From Candidatus Dormiibacterota bacterium (GTDB lineage: Bacteria; Chloroflexota; Dormibacteria; Aeolococcales; Aeolococcaceae), in NCBI GenBank assembly GCA_963718525.1, contig OY970355.1, positions 1,632,001 to 1,696,000 on the forward strand: a DNA stretch of 64,000 nt, given 5' to 3'. Shown one piece after another: positions 59,385-64,000 of this stretch. A program made the position numbers and the translations under genes. How positions within the stretch are numbered: the first letter of the stretch is position 1; each line of letters opens with the position of its first letter. Under the pieces are notes generated by a model. The model worked only from the letters and a program-made list of their open reading frames with translations, ran no database searches and had not been told where the DNA came from.

Positions 59385-59480
59385 TGTCAAGCGTCACCCG
59401 GAACCGGTGTAAAGCATCACCCGGAACTCTGTAAAGGATCAGCCGGATACGTTTTGTCGCGTATCAGCCGGATCTATACA
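59385..59480. mobile_element. Orphan transposon end with four tandem ~19-bp subterminal repeats (IS481/Tn7-like DDE element end)
   Basis: tgtcaagcgtcacccggaa (59385), tgtaaagcatcacccggaa (59408), tgtaaaggatcagccggat (59430) and tgtcgcgtatcagccggat (59455), then ctataca, which reads 5'-TGT on the minus strand. Confidence 0.7.
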
Positions 59481-59488
59481 GCAAAAAG

Positions 59489-59560
59489 CTGGGGAGGAAG
59501 GATTCGAACCTTCGGATGGCGGATCCAAAGTCCGCTGCCTTACCACTTGGCGACTCCCCA
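59489..59560 (-). tRNA. tRNA-Gln(TTG), CCA not encoded
   Basis: TGGGGAG/CTCCCCA acceptor, GCCAAGTGGTAAGGC D-arm, GCGGA-CTTTGGA-TCCGC anticodon arm and GGTTCGAATCC. Confidence 0.95.
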
Positions 59561-59606
59561 GTGGCACGTCGATCCTACCCGGGGCTGCGCTCAGCGGCCG
59601 GGTTCC

Positions 59607-60533
59607 TCAGCGCCTCGAGCCGGCCGGAGCTGCCTCGACATCACGGCCGACCGCATCGCGCTGCCGGGTCAACCAGTCGATCACAACCTCGACGAACTCG
59701 CCCGGCACCTCGAGCATGGGCACATGGCCGGCTCCGGCGAACTCGTGGTACTCCCAGTCGGGGCGCATCGAGGCGATGTTCCGGGCCGCGGCGACCGGGA
59801 CGAGACGGTCGCGATCTCCCTGGAGCAGCAGCGTCGGGGCGCGGACCTCCTGCACCCAACTGAAGACCCTGCGCCTCTGCACGAGCGCCGCCACCAGTGA
59901 TCGCGTCGCCGCATAGAACAACTCGTGCCAGCTGGACTCAGCGAGCCGCTCCGCCTCGAGCGCGACGTGCGCATCGACCACCGCCCGTTCGACGCGGCTC
60001 GGGTCGTTGCTGACCAGGCGCATGGTCTCGCGGACCAGGCTCTCCGGACCGACAGCCGCCACGGCTCGGCTGAGCCGCTTCGCTCCCCAACGCGGCATGA
60101 ACGCGGTCGCCAGGAACGTCCGAGAGACGGCGTCGAGCCGGGGCGGAAATGCGCCGCGCGGCGGCGGCACCGCGGGATCCACCAGCACGAGCAGGTCGAC
60201 GAGGCTCGGGTGCAGCGCCGCGGCACCGATCGCGAGCAGCCCGCCCATGGAGTTGCCCATCAACACCACCGGTCCCGGCGACAGCCGGGTGATGGCCCGG
60301 GAGACCAGGTCGACATTGGCGGCAATCGTCGAGCGCCGCCCGGCAAGCGGCGACCGGCCGAACCCGGGGAGGTCGAGCGCGTAGACGCGGTGGTGCGCCG
60401 CCAGCTGCGGCGCGACCGCCATCCAGTTCAAGTGCGCCCCGCCGAGGCCATGGACGAGCAGCATCGCCGGTCCATCACCGCCGAAATCGGCCACGTAGAT
60501 CGGCCCTTCGACGTCGAGCATTGAGGACTGCAC
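59607..60533 (-). CDS. Alpha/beta-fold hydrolase
   Basis: VHGLGG, DLPGFG, GNSMGG nucleophile, GDRDRLVP and GHVPMLE. Confidence 0.9.
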   Translation of the reverse strand: MQSSMLDVEGPIYVADFGGDGPAMLLVHGLGGAHLNWMAVAPQLAAHHRVYALDLPGFGRSPLAGRRSTIAANVDLVSRAITRLSPGPVVLMGNSMGGLLAIGAAALHPSLVDLLVLVDPAVPPPRGAFPPRLDAVSRTFLATAFMPRWGAKRLSRAVAAVGPESLVRETMRLVSNDPSRVERAVVDAHVALEAERLAESSWHELFYAATRSLVAALVQRRRVFSWVQEVRAPTLLLQGDRDRLVPVAAARNIASMRPDWEYHEFAGAGHVPMLEVPGEFVEVVIDWLTRQRDAVGRDVEAAPAGSRR

Positions 60534-60596
60534 GCCTCAATCGTAGGCTGCCGTCTCCGAGGCTCGGCTCCGGTGAGCCCGTATACTCGTGAGCAC

Positions 60597-61961
60597 ATGG
60601 GTGACGGGCCCCAAGCGGTGATCCTCGCCGCGGGGCAGGGCAAACGGATGCGCAGCGCTGTCCCCAAAGTCCTTCATCCGCTCGGAGGCCGCCCGCTCAT
60701 TCTTCACGTGGTCGACGCGGTGCGCACAGCCACGAGCCGTGTCCCGCTGGTGGTGGTCGCCAAGGGGGACACGGCGGTCCGGGATCGCGTCGGCGACAGC
60801 GCCACGTGCATCGAGCAGGAGAACGCTCGTGGCACCGGGGACGCCCTGCGCAGCGTGCCCGCGTCGTTGCGCGAGCCCGGGCCGGTCCTCGTGACGCACG
60901 GCGACGCGCCGCTGATCACGCCCGAGACACTCCAGCACCTGCTCGCGGCTCATGCCGCGAATCCGCGGGCCTGCACGCTGCTTCTGGCCATTCCGACTGA
61001 TCCCTCGGGTATGGGCAGGGTCGTCCGCGACGCCGATGGCCATGTGCTCCGCATCGTCGAGGAGGCGGATCTGCCGCCGGGCGAGCCCGTGCCGATGGAG
61101 TCCAACGCCGGGGTGTACGTCTTCGACGGGGCTCAGCTCTGGCCGGCGCTCGATCGCCTGAGCGCCGCGAACGCACAGGGTGAGTACTACCTCACCGACG
61201 TCGTCGCACTCCTGACCGGACCGGTCGAGGGCGTGGTGGCCACCGACCCCGACGAGGTGCTGGGGATCAACGACCGCCGTCAGCTGGCCGCTGCCGAGGC
61301 GGTGCTCCGGCGCCGCACCGTCGACGCACTCATGCTCGCCGGGGTCACCGTCGAGGATCCCGCCACCACTTATGTCGACCCCCAGGTGGTCGTGGGCAGG
61401 GACAGCGTCATACACGCGATGACCACGCTCCGCGGCGCCACCACGATCGGCGTCGGGTCCGAGATCGGCCCCATGGCGGTCCTGTCCGACGTCCGAGCGG
61501 GCGACAGAGTGGTGATCGGCCAGGCTCATCTCGAGGAGTGCGAACTCGGCGATGGGGTCCGGGTGGGTTCGTACTGCCGGGTCCGTCCGAATACCGTGCT
61601 CGCGTCCGGGGTAGAGTTGGGCACGCATGCCGAGGTCAAGAACAGCACCGTGGGCGCCGGGACTCGCATCAGCCACTTCTCCTGCGTGCTCGACAGTGAC
61701 GTGGGTGAGGCGGTGAACGTCGGCGCAGGCACCGTCACCTGCAACTACGACGGCGCGGCGAAGCATCGGACCACCATCGGCGACCGGGTCTTCGTCGGGA
61801 CGAATGCCACCCTGGTGGCCCCGGTCCACCTCGGGGATGACTGTTACATCGGCGCCGGCTCCTTCATCGATCAGGACGTCCCCGCTGGCGCGCTCGCCGT
61901 CGGCCGGAGCCGGCAGCGCAACGTCGAGGGATGGGCGAGCCGGCGGTCGTCGCAGCCGTGA
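60597..61961 (+). CDS. glmU: Bifunctional GlmU
   Basis: ILAAGQGKRMRS..PKVLH, GTGDA, NAQGEYYLTD, hexapeptide repeats and GAGTVTCNYDG. Confidence 0.95.
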   Translation: MGDGPQAVILAAGQGKRMRSAVPKVLHPLGGRPLILHVVDAVRTATSRVPLVVVAKGDTAVRDRVGDSATCIEQENARGTGDALRSVPASLREPGPVLVTHGDAPLITPETLQHLLAAHAANPRACTLLLAIPTDPSGMGRVVRDADGHVLRIVEEADLPPGEPVPMESNAGVYVFDGAQLWPALDRLSAANAQGEYYLTDVVALLTGPVEGVVATDPDEVLGINDRRQLAAAEAVLRRRTVDALMLAGVTVEDPATTYVDPQVVVGRDSVIHAMTTLRGATTIGVGSEIGPMAVLSDVRAGDRVVIGQAHLEECELGDGVRVGSYCRVRPNTVLASGVELGTHAEVKNSTVGAGTRISHFSCVLDSDVGEAVNVGAGTVTCNYDGAAKHRTTIGDRVFVGTNATLVAPVHLGDDCYIGAGSFIDQDVPAGALAVGRSRQRNVEGWASRRSSQP

Positions 61962-62923
61962 CCGACTTCAACCCCTACGGCGAGCTGCTGCTGCTCTCGG
62001 GCAGCGGCAACCCCGAGCTCAGCGAGCGAATCGCTCGTGAGATCGGCGTGAAGCTTGCCGAGGTCGAGATCACGCGCTTTGCGGATGGTGAGTTCGACGT
62101 CAAGATCCGCGAGTCGGTTCGCGGTCACGACGTGTTCCTCGTCCAGCCAACGTGCCGACCGGTGAGTGACAACCTGATCGAGCTGTTCATCATCCTCGAC
62201 GCTTTGCGGCGAGCCTCGGCGTCGCGGATCACCGCCGTGATCCCGTACTACGGGTACCAGCGCAAGGAGAAGAAGACCCAGGCTCGCGACCCGATCAGCG
62301 CCAAGCTGATGGCGAACATCATCGAGCTCGCCGGCGCGAACCGGGTGATCTGCGTCGACCTCCATGCCGAGGCGATCCAGGGGTTCTTCGACATCCCCGT
62401 CGATGCGCTCATCGCGACCAAGATCCTTGCACGGCGCGTGCGCGAACGTCACGGGCATGACGTGGTGGTGGTGTCACCGGACACCGGTGGTGTGAACCGC
62501 GCGCGCAACCTCGCGCGCATCCTCGACGCACCGATCGCATTCATCGACAAACGCCGTCCGCGCGACGACACCGTCGAGGTCGTCAACGTCATCGGTGACG
62601 TCGACGGCGCGGTCTGCATCATCGTTGACGACCTGATCTCGACCGGTGGGACGCTCGTCAACGCCGCGATCGCGCTCCTCGCCAGCGGCGCGAAATCCGT
62701 CGACGTCGTGGCCACTCACGGCGTGTTGAGCGATGGCGCGGTGGCGCAACTCCACGCCGCACCCATCGACGAGATCTGCATCACCGACACGATCCCGTAT
62801 CACAACGGCAGTCACAGTTTCGACGATGCGCCCAAGCTCCGCATCCTCTCGGTCGCGCCGCTGATCGCTGAGGCGATCGTGCGCGTCCATGAAGGGCGGA
62901 GCGTGAGCGAACTGTTCCGGTGA
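61958..62923 (+). CDS. prs: Ribose-phosphate pyrophosphokinase
   Basis: FADGE, VIPYYGYQR, DLHA..IQGFF, VSPDTGG and DDLISTGGTL. Confidence 0.96.
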   Translation: MTDFNPYGELLLLSGSGNPELSERIAREIGVKLAEVEITRFADGEFDVKIRESVRGHDVFLVQPTCRPVSDNLIELFIILDALRRASASRITAVIPYYGYQRKEKKTQARDPISAKLMANIIELAGANRVICVDLHAEAIQGFFDIPVDALIATKILARRVRERHGHDVVVVSPDTGGVNRARNLARILDAPIAFIDKRRPRDDTVEVVNVIGDVDGAVCIIVDDLISTGGTLVNAAIALLASGAKSVDVVATHGVLSDGAVAQLHAAPIDEICITDTIPYHNGSHSFDDAPKLRILSVAPLIAEAIVRVHEGRSVSELFR

Positions 62924-62954
62924 GCGGCTCAGACCCACCACCGTCCCCGAGCCG

Positions 62955-64000
62955 ATGACGCCGCTCCTCATCGTCATCGTCCTGGGTCTGGTGGTGGCCG
63001 CATTCGCTGCCGCGGCTGAGACTTCGTTGACGAGTGTCAGCCGCATCCGCATGCGCAGCCTCGCCGACGACGGCAACAAACGCGCGCGCACGGTCACGCG
63101 CCTGCATGCCGATCCGAACGCGTATCTGTCGACCATCCTCACGCTGAACACCGTCGCGGTGATCGTCGTCTCCACCGCGACGGCGCTGCTCATCCAGTCG
63201 TCTCTCCGCACTGTTCCGCAGGTGGTCGGCACGCTGGCACTCTCGATCGTCGTGCTCATCTTCTGCGAGATCGCGCCGAAGTCCCTCGCGTTGCGGTTCA
63301 ACGAAACCTTCGCGCTGGTGCTCGCCGGGCCGGTGCTGTTCCTGACCAGGGTGCTCCGGCCGTTTGTCGGCGGGCTGAGTGCGATGTCGCGGCTGATCGT
63401 CCGCGCGGCGACCAGGGGTCACAGCGTGCGTGGCCCGTTCGTCACCGAGGAGGAGTTGAAGCTCCTCCTCTATGTCGGTGAGCAGGAGGGGATCGTCGAG
63501 CAGGAGGAGCGGGAGATGATCCACGGCATCCTCGAGATGACCGACAAGTCGGTGCGCGAGGTGATGGTCCCTCGCGTGGACATCGTTGCGGTCGAGGCCA
63601 CCGACTCGATTGCGGACGTGATCAAAGTGATCATCGAGTACGGCTTCTCGAGGATTCCGATCTACGAGGACAACGTCGACAACATCGTGGGCATCGTCTA
63701 CGCGAAAGACCTGTTGCGCCATGGCGTGGTGGGTGACGACCAGCGTCCGCTCAAGGAGGTCGCGCGCGAGCCGTACTTCACGCCCGAGGCGAAGCACGTC
63801 GGCGAGTTGCTCCGCGAGATGAAGGAGCGCAAGGTGCACATCGCCGTGGTCGTCGACGAGCACGGCGGCACCGCCGGGATCGTCACCTTCGAGGATCTCA
63901 TCGAGGAGATCGTCGGCCCGATCCGCGACGAGTACGACATCAGCGAGGTCGAGGAACTGCAGATCGTGTCGGACCACGAGGTCGTGGTGAGTGCACGTTT
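62955..64000 (+). CDS. CNNM/CorC (hemolysin-family) membrane protein with a CBS pair, 3'-truncated
   Basis: Read by hand because it is absent from the ORF track: AAAETSL, LIFCEIAPKSLA, VTEEEL, VREVMVPRVD, FSRIPIY and VVDEHGGTAGIVTFEDLIEEIVG. Confidence 0.9.
   Translation, partial: MTPLLIVIVLGLVVAAFAAAAETSLTSVSRIRMRSLADDGNKRARTVTRLHADPNAYLSTILTLNTVAVIVVSTATALLIQSSLRTVPQVVGTLALSIVVLIFCEIAPKSLALRFNETFALVLAGPVLFLTRVLRPFVGGLSAMSRLIVRAATRGHSVRGPFVTEEELKLLLYVGEQEGIVEQEEREMIHGILEMTDKSVREVMVPRVDIVAVEATDSIADVIKVIIEYGFSRIPIYEDNVDNIVGIVYAKDLLRHGVVGDDQRPLKEVAREPYFTPEAKHVGELLREMKERKVHIAVVVDEHGGTAGIVTFEDLIEEIVGPIRDEYDISEVEELQIVSDHEVVVSAR

Noticed and set aside
59385-59480. Mini CRISPR array
   Set aside because: The repeats are degenerate, separated by only 3-6 bp, and no cas genes are present. 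A transposon end fits better.
62920-62958. 12-codon ORF (VSGSDPPPSPSR) bridging prs and the CNNM gene as a regulatory peptide
   Set aside because: One extra C in the CCCC run would fuse it in frame to the CNNM gene. With other indels in the window, an artefact is at least as likely.
1-64000. Phage, integrase, reverse transcriptase, restriction-modification or other defence systems
   Set aside because: No such motifs were recognised in any frame apart from the single TA pair.

Overview
This is a high-GC chromosomal window from a soil-type bacterium. Its gene mix resembles Actinobacteria/Chloroflexi relatives such as Ca. Dormibacterota; that placement is inference only. In order it carries: a pseudaminic-acid (pse) cluster; an LLM oxidoreductase; an AbrB/RelE-like toxin-antitoxin pair beside tRNA-Ala(CGC); ccsA, bS22, HIT and ohr; an oppABCDF operon; tRNA-Ala(GGC); comEA-comEC-holA/rpsT; ispE; zwf and a ROK kinase; a DosS/DosR-like pair; a GbsR-ABC-methyltransferase cassette; the ilvBNC-leuACDB-cimA operon with divergent ilvD; MarR-MFS; a malic enzyme; an ~11 kb block of small accessory genes ending at tRNA-Gln; and glmU-prs-CNNM. 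The best leads are (1) a 187-aa protein with a 12-residue Ser/Thr repeat that grades into a CxxC ladder (candidate beta-solenoid); (2) an unannotated Leu/Val/Ile leader-peptide attenuator plus a coupled 65-aa ORF heading the ilv-leu operon; (3) an orphan four-repeat transposon end 8 bp from tRNA-Gln; (4) pervasive leaderless promoter architecture; and (5) several uncharacterised proteins with distinctive architecture. No CRISPR array, transposase, integrase or phage genes were seen. Several single-base frameshifts may be sequencing errors. Start codons were picked by eye, and product calls rest on remembered family motifs, not database searches.
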